Source of the DNA: Camelus ferus
Taxonomy: Eukaryota
Assembly: GCF_009834535.1 (NCBI RefSeq)
Contig: NC_045697.1
Span: 30,072,001-30,136,000 of the forward strand
Direction: 5' to 3'
DNA length: 64,000 nt
Positions 12,346-25,709 of this stretch are shown here, one piece after another. The notes below the pieces were generated by a model. It was not told the DNA's origin, made no database searches, and saw only the letters and a program-made list of their open reading frames with translations. The position numbers were made by a program, and so were the translations under genes. The number at the start of each line of letters is the position of its first letter. The first letter of the stretch is position 1.

Positions 12346-12847
12346 GTAACAGCCAGTAGAATTTGTGGTGAGCTTGCAGTAAGGATCAGGTGACTTAATA
12401 TGTATAGAATCGTACATTCTGTAAAACTCCAAAGCCCATTTTTTTCCTGCCTTTTCCTCCTTCCCTGAGGGAATTAGATAGGTCTGCGGTTAAGCCCTAC
12501 CATTCTGTCCTTAGCAAGCTCATTCACAACACAGACGTCATAAATAGCAAGAAATGAAGTTTCTTACAATACCCAGTGAGGCATTACTTGAAAATTTGGT
12601 GACCGACATGGAATACGATCTCGGATTTTACATTCCATGTTTAAATAAATGTACTGACCTGTTGTGGATAATGTAGGTGGAGCTGAAGGTTTCCTGCCTT
12701 CGGGGTATTCCTGTTCCCACCGGCCTTACACTGGGCTGTGGAAGTGCCCCAGCCTGGACGGTAGTCAGGGCTTACTTAACTCTGAAGAGGAGAAATGATG
12801 AGGGAGCCTGAAGGAGAATGTTCTGTCTCCCTCCCCCACCCCCGCAG

Positions 12848-13005
12848 GACCTGGCTCGTTGGAAGAGCCGCAGAAGAAGCGCTTCTCAGGACTTAATCAA
12901 GAAAGAGGAAGAAAGGAAAAAAATGGAGAAGTTACTGGCTGGAGAGGATAGGATGAGTGAACGAAGGAAAAGCATCAAAACCTACAGAGAAATTGTCCAA
13001 GAAAA
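12848..13005 (+). CDS. LIMCH1: LIMCH1 exon, [52 protein letters not shown](K)
   Basis: Acceptor cccgcag and donor AA|gtgggt; lies within ORF 12818..13036. LMO7/LIMCH1-family [11 protein letters not shown] motif. Confidence 0.95.
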
Positions 13006-13206
13006 GTGGGTTCTTTCTGTTATTGTCATTGTCTGATGTACAGTATTATCTAGATGCGCTTTTTCTAAAAATTGTTGACTCTGACACCAATATTATACCC
13101 CCTGTTCAGTCCCTTCGGCTCTGCCTTGGTTCCTGCCAAGGTCTCCTTTGCTGTCTCTGTGACCGTTGACTTTGTTCTTGCTTCCCCTCCCGGGCCCATC
13201 CTTTAG

Positions 13207-13615
13207 AGAGCGGAGAGAGAGGGAGCTGCATGAGGCATATCAGAATGCACGGTCCCAGGAGGAGGCAGAAGGGATCCTTCAGCAGTACATCGAGAGGTTC
13301 ACCATCAGCGAGGCTGTTCTTGAACGCTTGGAGATGCCAAAAATTCTGGAAAGAAGCCATTCGACAGAGCCAAACTTATCCTCCTTCCTGAACGACCCCA
13401 ACCCCATGAAATACCTGCGCCAACAGTCACTGCCTCCACCCAAATACACTGCCACTGTGGAGACCACCATCGCGCGCCCCAGCGCTCCGGAGGCCAGCAC
13501 GTCAGCGGGCAGTGGGTCTCCGAGCAGAACTGTCACTCCCAAAGCAGTGCCTATGCTGACACCCAAGCCTTACTCCCAGCCCAAAAGCTCTCAAGAGGTT
13601 CTGAAGACCTTCAAG
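13207..13615 (+). CDS. LIMCH1: LIMCH1 exon, [11 protein letters not shown]...[18 protein letters not shown]
   Basis: Acceptor cctttag and donor AAG|gtagga; 409 nt within ORF 13166..13624. Confidence 0.95.
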
Positions 13616-14642
13616 GTAGGATGAGTCCCTTAAGGGTAGAACCAGAACTGAACTCCAGGTAGTCGATGGAAAGAAGCATCTTGCCTCAAGAAGATGCCAT
13701 TGTTTTTATCAAATGAAAGCAAAATGTGTTCACATGTACAGTTGTGAAGTTTACGTGTCTCTGAGATTTGGGGGGGATAGATGACTGCCCTCCATTCCTG
13801 TTGTTAATACTGGTGAACTCCGACAAGACTGGTGGTTGAGTCATCTCATTGGTGGTTGAGCACGGTCTAGTTCATGGTCTATTTCATGCTTTGATATGAT
13901 GGCATGGTCTCCCTAGTAGTGGTAACAAACCCTAGTTTAGTAACACCATAGGTATGTGCAGCTATCTAGAGCTATTTGCAGGTTCCTCAAAACAAAATTT
14001 TAATTGCCTTCAGCTTAAATAGAAATATATACAGCTACCTCTCTTTTAGGAAGAAGCTGACATCATAGCCAAAAAGATGCTACAATTTGAAAAATGATAC
14101 AAGGAACACATGGGATGTCCTTGGTCCTCAGATGAGACAGACTTTTAAATTTTTTTAAGTGTAAAGAAACTACATTGGTGGTTTTGGGGGGTTTTTTGGT
14201 GTTTTTTTTTTTTTTTTTTTTGGCCAATGTGTAAAATAATGTTCCAGAACCAAAGAATCTATGACAGCCAAACATCTTTTTACTTCCTCAAATCCTAGTC
14301 TTTTCTCTCACATAAGGAGGAAGCACTCATCCTTTGTCTTAAGCTATGTTGACTACAAAGAAAAATCATTTCTCCTCGTCCCTGCACACCATATGGGTCC
14401 CTAATAGAAGACAGAGGTGGAATTCATCAGTGGCAGACACGGACATGTGACTGTGAAGAAAGTTTGCTAAACTAAACGAATCGAGACGTATGATGTCCTG
14501 TATCTTCCTGTTGAACTTCAGAGGGACGCAAACCACACATTTTGACTTTTGCTTAAGTCACTTTAAATGTATCTTAAAAATCTGTGCCTTAGGCTTTGAT
14601 AGAACAAAAGGAAAGTGTCCTGGCTGTCTCATCTGGGTTCAG

Positions 14643-14755
14643 TTAGAATGTCTGTCCCTTGAGGGGCAGGGGCTATGTCTTTGTTGTCCGGGAATTTATC
14701 CTGAGAGCCTGGTGCAGGTGCCCAGGCGCTCAGCAAGTGTCTGTTGACTAAATGC
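14643..14755 (+). mobile_element. L2 3' end
   Basis: ccttgaggggcaggggctatgtct...caggcgctcagcaagtgtctgttgactaaatg. Confidence 0.6.
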
Positions 14756-15454
14756 ACTAGTTTTTCCTGAGAAGATGAGTCCCTTGTCACGCAGACCCAC
14801 GCACACACAGTTATGCATGTGATCGTGTGTGCTCAGAAGCCCTCCTTCACCTGGGCCGACAGCGCTGAGCCATCTGTGACAGTTCGTGAAAGCAGATTAG
14901 ATGTGGAGGTGGCCCAGAACAGGAGTAGGCAATCCATTTACCTTGCTTGATATCCGAGGCATCTGATTGGTTAACCTGGATGTCCACTCCTTTCCTTTAC
15001 AAAACTGTACAATGTGATCCTTGACGCAGAAGAATTAGGACAGATGACTTCATAGCGAGACTTTGGCCCTGAGAAAACCCAGTCCCTTGCCCTCATGGCA
15101 AGACAGTGTAGCGGCCTCAGGAAGAGCATTCATGGAGAGCTGGGTTGAGGAACTTGGGTAGAGATCCTTCTAGAGCTGGGGTTCACCAGTGAGCCCTCAA
15201 CACGTGATAGGTCTTGACGGCTGTCAGCCCGCCTCACAGCCCCACCACTGAGTGGGCGGACCCGCTAGCGGTCAAAGGTAACGTGTAAATGGAACAGTTG
15301 TTGGCACGTAACTCCGGGACTGAAGCTAAGGGGAGTGTGTGTGTGTGTGTTTTCTTGTGGGGAGGAGGAGGGCATGGGAGGCAGGGAATACAGGCTCAGT
15401 TTCTTAGTAAAACAGATTTAAGAGTAAAGGAAGAGCAAGTGAAATGGTTTAAGG

Positions 15455-15712
15455 TAGTGTTTTCAAACTGAGAGTTGCCACCTATTGCTAGGTTATGAAT
15501 CAACTTAGTGATTTGGAATCAGCGTTCTTTTTTTTAAAAAATGAAGTAGAACAGCATACATTTAAAAAAACCAGCCTAGTATAGCCTAGTATTTACATAA
15601 TAAAGGTAAATATTATTTTTGCAAAACTCCTGTTTCTGTTATATTTATGTGTGTGCACTCAGTGGTGATTTAAATTTTATGGATCACAGGCCATAGACTA
15701 AACAAGCCACTG
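15455..15712. mobile_element. Old hAT/Charlie-like DNA transposon remnant
   Basis: agtgttttcaaactg start and ccactg end, with a Charlie-like internal gttatgaatcaacttagtg. Confidence 0.4.
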
Positions 15713-15787
15713 ACTTGAGGTAGCTAAACTGTAATATCTGGCCTTCTGTTATTCTTTTTAAAAGATTTTAGAAGATTTAATACTTAG

Positions 15788-16020
15788 AATAGCTAATATT
15801 TATGTACTTAAAATGTGCCAGATGCTGTTCTAAATTCTGTACATATATTAATCCATAAAATCACGTAACTGCACTATTAGGGCGATGCTGCTATCATTGT
15901 CAAGATGAGGAAACCGAGGTTGAAGAGTGTGCGGTGTCAAGTGGCTGAGCTACAACTGGCCTCGGCTGGACCCAGGAACTCGGTCTTAGACCATCCGCCC
16001 GCAGAGTGTCCTCTCGTAAC
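15788..16020 (-). mobile_element. MIR SINE
   Basis: atagctaatatttat...tgtgccagatgctgttctaa...agatgaggaaaccgagg. Confidence 0.65.
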
Positions 16021-16716
16021 CGCTCGGCGTATGGTCGGGCTTTAGGACAGAGACGTCTAGATGCCTCTCGATGAGTCAGACTAACCACCCTCACTGCTCC
16101 TTTCCTGCTCCCAGCACCCTTCCTAGATGAGGGTGCAAAACAGAAATATTTTAATGTGTGTGGCCTTTTTTTCTTGAAAAAACCACGATTGTCAAATTAA
16201 CAGGAACTAGGGATTTGCTGTAACATAGCATAGCGGCAGGTTCCCTGCCCTCTGTGATAGCTTCAGAACAGTTCCCATTGCCCCGACCACGACAGGATAA
16301 CCTGTAACTGTAACCTGATCTGAGATGAGTTCCACCTACTTTGTAGGCTAATCAGAAAGAAAATCTCAAAATTGTGGAATAGCAGTCAGAATGTAAATGA
16401 AAAATTAGTAGAACCCAAATACATGACATGTATTTATACTTAAGATCCCCTGACTTTCTATACTTCAGAGTAAAAGCAGACCCTCGGTCAGGTGAGTAAG
16501 GTGAAGCCGCCTGAAAAGGCAGACCAGCTTCTAAAGAAGCCCTCAAGGATGGCGTTTAGAGGGGCCCTGATTTCTGAAACTGACGTATAAGAGACCTTAT
16601 TCTTTGATGGACTATGATTATTAAGTGATAATGATGTAAGGTGATTCTGAATGTGTTATTTTGTTATAGCCTTTCGTTGGGGAATAGCATATTTTTGTTC
16701 ATTCCGGTTTTTATAG

Positions 16717-16935
16717 GTAGATGGGAAAGTCAGCATGAACGGAGAGACGGTTCCTGGTGATGAGGAGGAGAAGGAAAGAGAGGGTCCCACAGTGGCACCC
16801 GCCCCCTCGTTGACCAAATCCCAGATGTTTGAAGGTGTGGCCAGAGTGCATGGGTCCCCCGTGGAGCTGAAACAAGACAACAGTGGCATTGAGATCAACA
16901 TAAAGAAGCCAAGTTCTGTTCCCCAAGAATTGACG
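16717..16935 (+). CDS. LIMCH1: LIMCH1 exon, [12 protein letters not shown]...[11 protein letters not shown]
   Basis: Acceptor ttttatag and donor ACG|gtaaga; 219 nt, phase 0-0. Confidence 0.93.
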
Positions 16936-17039
16936 GTAAGAAGCAAACTATTTTTCCCTATTTGGGATAATTCCCATGTGAAAGAATCTATTTAGGAAAG
17001 TGAATAGGTCCTGATCATGACCGTCTCTTTCTTGGTGGG

Positions 17040-17509
17040 TATATTAGTTTTCTAGAGCTGCCGTGACAAAGTGCCACAACTGAGTGGCTGAAGGGACAGA
17101 AGTAATTGTCTCATAGTCCTGCTGGCTGGAAGTCCAAAGTCAAGGTGTGGTCAGGGTTGGTTCCTTCTGTTGTCAGTGAGGGAGAATCTGCTCCGCGCTC
17201 CTCTCCCAGCTTCTGGTGGTTTGCTGGCCATCCCTGGCCTTCCGTGCCTTGGAGATGCACTGCCCCAGCCTTGCCTTTGTCTGCACAGGACACTCTCCCT
17301 GGGTGTTGTCTGTGTGTCCAGATCGCCTCTTCTCACAAGGACACAGTCACAGTGGATTAGGGGCCCACCCTGCCGCAGTATGGCCTCACCCTAACTTAAC
17401 TTAATTACATCTGCAAAAATCCTATTTCCAGATAAGTCCGCATTCCGAAGTGTTAGAGGTTAGGACTGCAACATATAAATTTAGGGGAGGACACAGTTCA
17501 GCCTAAACA
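17040..17509. mobile_element. MaLR solo LTR (MLT1B/C/D-like)
   Basis: Typical MLT1 motifs attagtttt...gctgccgtgacaaagtgccacaa, ggaagtccaaagtcaaggtgt and ggacacagttcagcc. Confidence 0.8.
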
Positions 17510-20500
17510 GAGAAGTATAACAGTAACATCAACTATGGATAAAAAACTCTTTCTTGTCTCCACGTGATTGCCCTCTAGTGTTACAGAGAAATGAATGAAT
17601 CTCTGAATTCATTTTCCATGTATTCAGGACCCCGTTAGACTTGTTAGAACAATTTGAAAATAACTGATGCCGTGAGATCCTGACCATATGTGTAGAAGGG
17701 TATCTTTCTTATTAGTTTAAAAAAACTCATTAAGAATCAAATTAAGTTTGTATTAGCTTTGCCCCTAAAATCCAGAGTAATTGGGAGCACTGTTGAATGG
17801 CCAAGCTGAAAAATGTAGGGTAATTCAAGAATAGTGGAAGAGAGGATTCAAAATAACATTATGTTTGCCTATATGGAGATTACACTTTTTCTTAGGTCTC
17901 TCACTGGGGTTCATGCTGGTTTTGCAGATCAAACCCAGACTGTCACCACCACAGGTGCAGCCTGGCTTTCTGGGTAGAAGCTGGACTCTGTTCAACTTCA
18001 TTTGTCTTCACCAGAGGCTGATTTCTGCAGTTTTAATTTATAGCCTTTGGGCTGGAATTATAAAGGGTGGGGAAAACTGTCAAGATTTTCGCCAGCTCCT
18101 AGAAGGGTTCGGTCCAGAGGGAAACTTGTCTTCCAGCTCCAGGGCTAAGTTGGATGACCCAGCTAGCTAATCCCACCCAGAGGACTAGATACTGTTTTTC
18201 TTATCACCGGGATGTGTCTTTTGAAGAATAAAATATGTTTTCTCAGAGGAGCTGAGAGGATGTCATTCCTGCAGCTCTCAAGCCCTAGAAAGATTCGAAT
18301 TGGAATAGACCAAAATAACTTCCTCCCCATGGTGACCTGTTTGCTGGTCTCCAGGAACAAAGTTTTGTGACCCAGGCAAAGGCTGAATCTCTCAACCTGG
18401 GATTTAATTCTGCTTTTCATTTGCATAAATGTTACCACCTCTGAAGAGTTCTTCCAGATTATCATGGGATAGAATATTGACTTCTGCTAGTAGCATGGGA
18501 ACTTAGAGTCAACATGAACTCACGCTCTTAAATTTAAGTGAGAAGTAGTTAGACATTATAGTGGTGGAATTGCTTTTCTGGGACCGTTAGTAATTCTGTT
18601 TTAATTTCTCTTGTGCCACACTTAATGATGAGCGTTTCCTAAGTTCCTTCATAAATAACTTTCCATGACTCAAGTTGGTACTCTGTCTACCAGTTCACAG
18701 GCCCTTTGCACATGCTGTCAAGCAAAGCCCTTTGCTGCTGTGCTTTGGAGGAATGACAGTGCAGGTGCCACACTGGTCCCATAACAGAGGTCCACAGGGC
18801 TGAGTCAGACCCCATAGATTAATTATAGGACGGATGCTAAGGGCTCTGCCATCGGGCACATGTCTTCTCTCTACTTATACTTCTGCCCTCGGACCATTTT
18901 GTTGTTTGAGTTTGGGGGGAACCCTGCCATTGGCTAGACAGATTTTTTTCCAAACAGAAATTAAGGGAATAAGTGAAGAGACCAGATGGTATAAGATCTG
19001 AACTTCCTACACCAACTATTTAACCTCTCTTGTTCAAAACTTCTAACCCTTTGGGGAGAAAAGCTTTACCCATCATGTATGGAATCCTAAACACAAGAAA
19101 AGGGGCCTTGTTTGCTTTTAGGTTTAACTAAACCTCCCATAAAGATGTACTTCTTCTCAATAATTACTAATTTCCTTATTTTTACAATGAACAACATAAA
19201 AAGAAAACAGCCTGTTCTCTTTTAATGCCAGGCGTTTCCCACTTGCATAGTGGTTGTACTGCTACACTCTCTGGTGGCAAAGAGAAGATGGATTGAAAGA
19301 TGTCACTTTGATTACATAGCCCCAAAAGTGTCTTGCTTCAAAAGAAGCAAAATTAGATGATCTGAAAGAAATCCTGTTACTTCAAAAGTGATACAGTTTG
19401 ATAAGGAAAACCCCCAGCAAAAGGTGGCCTTGCGGACTTTTTTTTTTATGGAAACCTGATCCTGGGCAGCCTCAGGATGCAGGTCTAAACTCATAGAGAC
19501 CCTGGAAGTCTGTTCCTCTGGGGGAAAAAAATCTCCCTCGTTTGGAGTAACTTCTAGTTCAATTAACCCTAGTGGTTCTGAAGAGGTCGTAGCATTTATT
19601 TACTCTGCGTCTCTTCCTTTAGGCTCTTGAATTAACTGTGGCAGGGGCTGTTACATCATTTTCTGGGTAGATACCTACCTGCATGGATCTGGTAGACTAC
19701 AAGCCAAGTTGTGAGCTGTACTACATGAAATTTTGGCTTGTTTCTAAAGCACTCTTCATACTCGCTTACAACTTATGACACCAAAAGTTTTCCATTCAGA
19801 GTATGTTACCCCAAGAGGCATGTTAAAAGAATCTCTTCTCCAGTAAACCTACTCCTCATTTTACCTCCTTGTCCGTATTCCAAGGAAAGCATTTCTTGAC
19901 GGTGTTACAGCTGTTATATTCCCATTGAAACGGTGGAATTCATTGGTCATGGCAAAATATGGGGACCAGCTTTAAACAGGAGGCTGCACTTGACAGCCTC
20001 CCAAGGCTTGATACCAGCTGGGGACCTGATTTGCTGTTTCTAATTCATTTGTCCCACTCTGTGGGGCTGTCAAAGGAATAGTGTTCTTCTTTTTAAATAG
20101 TGTCTTTCTTCCAAAAACTGCATTCCCAACAGATAAACTTTTTACAGAGGAGTAACCTCACCCACCACTAAAATGTCACAGTTCCTTCAGGGCAAGTTGG
20201 AACTGTTCAAAGGGCATAGCGCCCGTAGGCAGGAGCATTAATTCAGATCAAGAGGCAGAGCAGTGGGGAGGGTGGCTGCGAGACTCCAGTGGGCGATGGG
20301 GCGAGGTTGGACGTTAGCCTCTTGGGTCCTCACCACCCCTGTTGTACGACGTTTCGTCATCTCTTCAGTTTTCTTCTCCCTCATTGTCCTAATCTGAAAC
20401 CTTTGGGACCATGGACTCTTACTTTAGAAATAGATCCTAAATTAAGCTTAGCGTGTTATTCAGTTTTTAATACTCTGGCTCTATCTATTGATACCAACAG

Positions 20501-23343
20501 ATCATCTTCAGTTGTATCACCTCTGAGATAATGAGGTCGTGATAGCAATGACCTTGCCAAAGGTTGCCTGTTAACTGACAGGCATGAGTGAGAGACCTGC
20601 TGTGTGCTCAACTTTTGAAATAGATAAAGTCATAAACTTGCTGTGAAAACAATTTTCATAAAACAACTAGAAAAGTATATGAACTAATATTTAATTAAGT
20701 GCTGGATGATAAGGTCAGAAGACTGGAGGGACATAAGATGGCAAGAACAGGTAAGATCGTCATTTAGAGTTTTGTCCAGTTGGGAAGGTTTTGCATGAGG
20801 TGGATTTTGAAACTTGTGAGATTTGCATTGGAAGGCAAGAGGGAAGCGAGCTATTCCACATGCTGGGACTAGCAGAAACAAAGGCATGGACAGCAGCGAG
20901 GACTCCACAAGAGGACCCCAAGAGGGGCTCACAGGGCTGAGATGTGTGGATTGGAAGAGGATGACTGGCTGCCATGCACTCCAACCAGAGGGATGGGGGC
21001 TCCCACGGCCCCTCACAGTTATCTCTCAGATGTTTCCCAGTGGAAACATTTTGCATTTTAAAATATTGACTTTTGTAAGAAAATCATATCATAGCCCAAA
21101 TACTAGACTCCTAGAATCCAGGACTGGAAAAGAATTCAGAAAGTCTTCTGATCTAAGGACTAATTTATCCTGTTTAGTGAGATGTTTTGAAAGATGTTTT
21201 ATGTCTCCCTCAAAGCTAGTCCATGTTTTCTTGATCTACTGCAAGTTATGTTTGTATTTGAATCTCTTCTTGCCTTGATGATGCCGAAAACGACCCTTTC
21301 CTAAAATTCTGAAATACTCCATGCACTGGGTCAAAGATCAGTCCCTGCCTGAGCTTTGACTTACGTTGAAAATAAAGCTAATAATTGTATATGCAGCCGA
21401 TGGCCATTGTGAGAATTTATGTGTATAGAGCACTTAGCCTGATGTTACGGTGACTCACAGAGATGCCCTTAAGTTATTCTTAACATTGTCATTCAATAAA
21501 CGGGAGAAAGAAAGTTACCATGTATTTTTCAGAAGCCCGAAAGGGCGACAGGTGCAATGTTTTTTAGGTTAAAGTAAGGTGTCAAAATTACCATCTTGAA
21601 CAGAAGTGAATTTCAAACAAATGAGATGAACTCCTTGTTGTCTTCCAACTCAACTTGTCAGCCAGTCCAGCAGTAATTCTGTCCAGCAGAAACATGCAGA
21701 GGTGAGCAGCTTTTCCCAGAAGGTGATGACCCTTGCAGATGCTCAGATGCTTCTTTCTGATGCTCTTTTTGCTTCTCCTGTTTCACTCTTCCCCACGTCT
21801 GGCTTCCCTCTGCCATCTCGGTCCCCAGGACCCCCACCCATTGACCTGTCACTCTGTTCTGTGTCTGGTGACCAGCTCCCTCTTGCCAGCTCTTCCCAAC
21901 CCATGTCCTGCACGCCCTCCCCACTGGGGGGGCGCCTTCCCACCAGATTTATGGCAATTCTCCCTCGTAGACCCCGGGCCAGATTCAGCTGTGAGGTATC
22001 CAAACGACTTATCTGTATTTCTCAAACGATTAACAAGATACATACGTTTTTTCTACCTTGGCAAAGCTCTAGCCCTTCCTCTTGAAAATTTGGTGGTACT
22101 TTGCTAATGTTTTCTGATCCAGGAAAACAGACAATCAGATCTTTCTTGAAACATTTCATTCTGCAGTGAGAGCAGGGTGAAGGCATTTGAGTAGGTGCTG
22201 TTTTCCTTACGACGGAGACCAACTGCAGATTCCTTTTAGATGGCAAATGTCAACAGGCATTTCTGTAGAAACTGTTCTTCTCCATCCAGAATTAATTGCC
22301 AGAGCGTTAGATTTAATGCTTTTTTCGAGTCATTAAACATATTTAGATACAGACGCATTTGCAGACTTCAAGAAAGTAAACATCAGGAACAATAAAAAAC
22401 AAAAACAAAAAACCTAGCCCATCTGACCTGGATCAGACTTACACATCGTTGGTTTGAAAAGTTTAGGGCATGGAGAGGCTGGTTCTCCATGTCCAGTGAA
22501 AACAGATGTTTGGTGATACAAAAGTGAAAGGGGAAGCACTCGCATGACATACGGGGCACTTGGGTCATGATGCCAAAACAGAAATAGACTGATTTTCCAG
22601 GCCCGTGTCCAGGTATGTTTTCAAGACTGGAGCCAGGAAATCACTCAGAGTCACTGAATAGTAGTAGCTCAGGACATTACATCTTCCAACCCGGAGAGCT
22701 TAAACGATCAGTCCAAGTTCTCGCAGCTCCCCTGTCCTAGAAGCCGGACCCCGTGAGCCCTAGGTCTCAGCGCTGTTCTTCCTCCCCCGCTTCATGTTTC
22801 CAATTCATTCCACAGACTTGTTCTCTGGGCGGGTCCGCCAGTAAGACTCTAGTTAAAATGAGCCGCCCGATGCCAGCTAGACGTGTGGCTAGACCGTGTC
22901 CCTCTCAGCCAGGAAACCGCCACCTCCCACCCGTGGCCTCAGGGCTAAGCCTGGCACTGGAGCCAGTTTGGATGGTGTCAGTCCAGGGGAGCCAGCTCCT
23001 GGACTGAGACCTTTCTGTGCTCTCATTCATTTGCTTCCAGGGATCTGTTTTTATTTACTTGTTTTCATTCTCTAGGCAGTGTTACCAATAAGAGAAGGGA
23101 AAGCATTCTCCTCTGTTCAGCTGTAACCAAAGGAAAGTCGGGGTCGGAGAGCACATTTTCCAGCAAGGCGGGTTTGTTTCAGGCTAATCTCTGAGTCTGT
23201 CAGTATTGGTTCAAACTGTAATTTTGAACTCACCTCCTTTGAAGTAATGGTGTGAGTACAGCAGTAACAAGCCTTCAGGATGGAGGATCCAGACAGAAGT
23301 AAATTAAACTGGCTGGGAGACTTCCCTTGACAGCATACAGTCC

Positions 23344-23411
23344 CTCTCTCTCTCTCTCTCTCTCTCTCGATATATATATACACATACACACACACACACA
23401 CACATATATAT
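23344..23411. repeat. Compound (CT)n(AT)n(CA)n(TA)n microsatellite
   Basis: Directly visible dinucleotide runs. Confidence 0.9.
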
Positions 23412-24039
23412 AGCAGAATATAGAGAAGCCCATAAAGAAAGTTTAAAACTGCGTATTATTTTAGCCACTCAGAAATTAAGATTTAAAAAAAAAGTGCATC
23501 CTTCTCTTTTTCTCAGTGTATATAAAATATTTTTTAAATTGGCTCATGTTATTCAAATTGTGTTGTAACTTGCATTTTCTGTTAATTTATTCTGAATATT
23601 TTGCTAGTAATAGCCTGATTTTGATGACTAGCACGCACTTAAACTAAGCTTGAGGGTATAAATTCCATACATAATGCATCTAACATTTGTTTCCCTAACA
23701 TATGTATGTCTGCTCTGGGCCAGATACTGTGCTGGGTACTTGCCCCCTCAGAACCTGGACTGGATCGCAAGTCCCGAGATGAGGTGATGGCTGGGGCTGG
23801 TCTGGTCTCAAGCCACCCTGGGAAGTGGAGACTTAGCTAAATTGTCCTGAGAGCCTCCAGAGAGTTCTCATCTTTTGCATAATAAATGGTAGACTGGAAA
23901 GGATGATGTGGACTGCTTTAGAAGGAAAGGGAGTGGAAAAGACAGTTTAAATCATTTCAGCTGTAAACTTGGGACTCTTCGGGTTCTGGACTGCTTATGG
24001 CTCAAAACCTTTAAATACCTGGGGACAGCTTGGAAGTGC

Positions 24040-24260
24040 ATGTGACTCCAAGCCCAGATGATGGGGCACTGAGGTCACCTCACTTCCCCTGCCTGCTAGC
24101 AGTGTTGCTCTGGGTAAGTCACTAAGCCTCTGGAACCTCAGCTTCCTCACCTGCATCAAGGGGGCCATACTGGTCCAGACCTGACAAGCTTGCTCTGAGG
24201 ACGGAGGAAGATAATCCAGCTCCAGCGGTGCTGACACGTGGCAAGTGCAGTGAATACTGA
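24040..24260 (+). mobile_element. MIR SINE
   Basis: tgggtaagtcactaagcctctggaacctcagcttcctcacctg. Confidence 0.65.
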
Positions 24261-25057
24261 CTGCGACTACAGTAACAACAGTATGTAGCCTTTAAAGCAT
24301 CATTTTAAGGGAAGATAAATTGGGTCACCTGAGGTTCAGTATTTGCATGTTAAGCCACATAGAAATGCATCCAGAAACGTGAGCATTCTTGACAGTGGGA
24401 GTTCCTCATTAGTCACGCGTAAGTAAGACATTACCAGAGTGAGGTGTGCTAGTAAAATAATCCTTAGTGAAGCAGTGCTGGCAGATTTGGTCTCCATCAC
24501 ACTGTACAATGTGTCTAAAGGACTTCAAGATTGATCTTACTGCACTGATTCTAAGGGGCACCCTGGCCGCATTTGAACATCTCTGGATCCGGACAGCCCT
24601 TACAGTCAAGAGTGTCCTCTGTCTAACAGGCAGTGTGTTTTCTTTCTTAGTAGTGTCTAAAATAGTACAACTGAACGCACTGGTGGCCTCTGAGATTTAA
24701 TGAAATGTGTCCACTTCTTTGTTCATTGTTGGGCTGGGAAGGCTTTGGCTCAGTTTCTGTGGTTACTTCTAGTCACTGGAAACATCAGTGTTCTCCAGAG
24801 CGTCACTCATCAATATTTAACTGCAAATTTGTTGCCCAGCCTCAGTTTTCTATACTTTAGTCCATCTGGGGAGACAACCTATAAATCAGTACTTTGGCCA
24901 GTCTTTTCTATATTGAAAATTGGTAGTTCTGACAGTATTTTTATATATTAACGTCATAAAACAAAAAATACTATTGTATATTAATATTTCTCTGTGTGGG
25001 GGATTACTTTAAATTACAAAACCCAGTTTGTTCTTTTGTAATGCTAGACTGGTTGAT

Positions 25058-25220
25058 TTTTTTTTTTAATTGATGTATGGTCAGTTTACAGTGTTGTGTC
25101 AGTTTCTGGTATACAGCACAATGCTTCAGTCGTGCATGAATATACATATATTCATTTTCACACTCTTTTTCACTGTAAGCTACTACAAGATATTGAATAT
25201 ATTTCCCTGTGCTATATACA
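25058..25220 (-). mobile_element. Short 5'-truncated L1 3' end
   Basis: Poly(T) then aattgatgtatggtcagtttacagtgttgtgtcagtttctggtatacagcac (artiodactyl-type L1 3' end). 13-bp TSD tagactggttgat at 25045-25057 and 25221-25233. Confidence 0.8.
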
Positions 25221-25709
25221 TAGACTGGTTGATCTTTAAATGCTACTATCATATCAGTTGTTCATGAAACAATATACACAGACACACACACACACAGCAT
25301 ATATGTGTAACTTCACTATAATAAAAGAGACTTTGATTTATTTAACTATTTCTACTCATTAAGTCTCTTAAAGAGCTTCAACTCAGGCTTGTTGATATAT
25401 TAAAAAGTTTCAAAATCCATTAAGTAATATAAATGTGATGCTTATTTCCTGCCTAGTGTTTTAAAGGTGCATTTTAATGTAATACTATGTTCTTCCAGAA
25501 TTGATACATGTTATCCACCATTAGAAAATGCTCATCTAGTTATGAGGATGTCAAAGCCACCCCATCCTCCAAAAAAAAGCACACTTTTGCTACTAGATGC
25601 TGTTGTAAAATCCTTCAGCTGCTTGAAAAGCTTGTTGCTTCAGGTTTCTTTATTGTCTTTTTTTCTAAACATCTAGAATTTGCAAAGAATTTTTTACGAA
25701 TTCTTTTCC

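Noticed and set aside
13279..13566. Antisense ORF over a LIMCH1 exon (likewise 16656..16946 and 32077..32298)
   Set aside because: Shadow ORFs of the coding strand with no independent support.
20684..22246. Cluster of overlapping 60-150 aa ORFs on both strands
   Set aside because: No recognisable domain, most start at non-ATG codons, and no exon is needed here because 16935 joins 30257 in frame. Chance ORFs.
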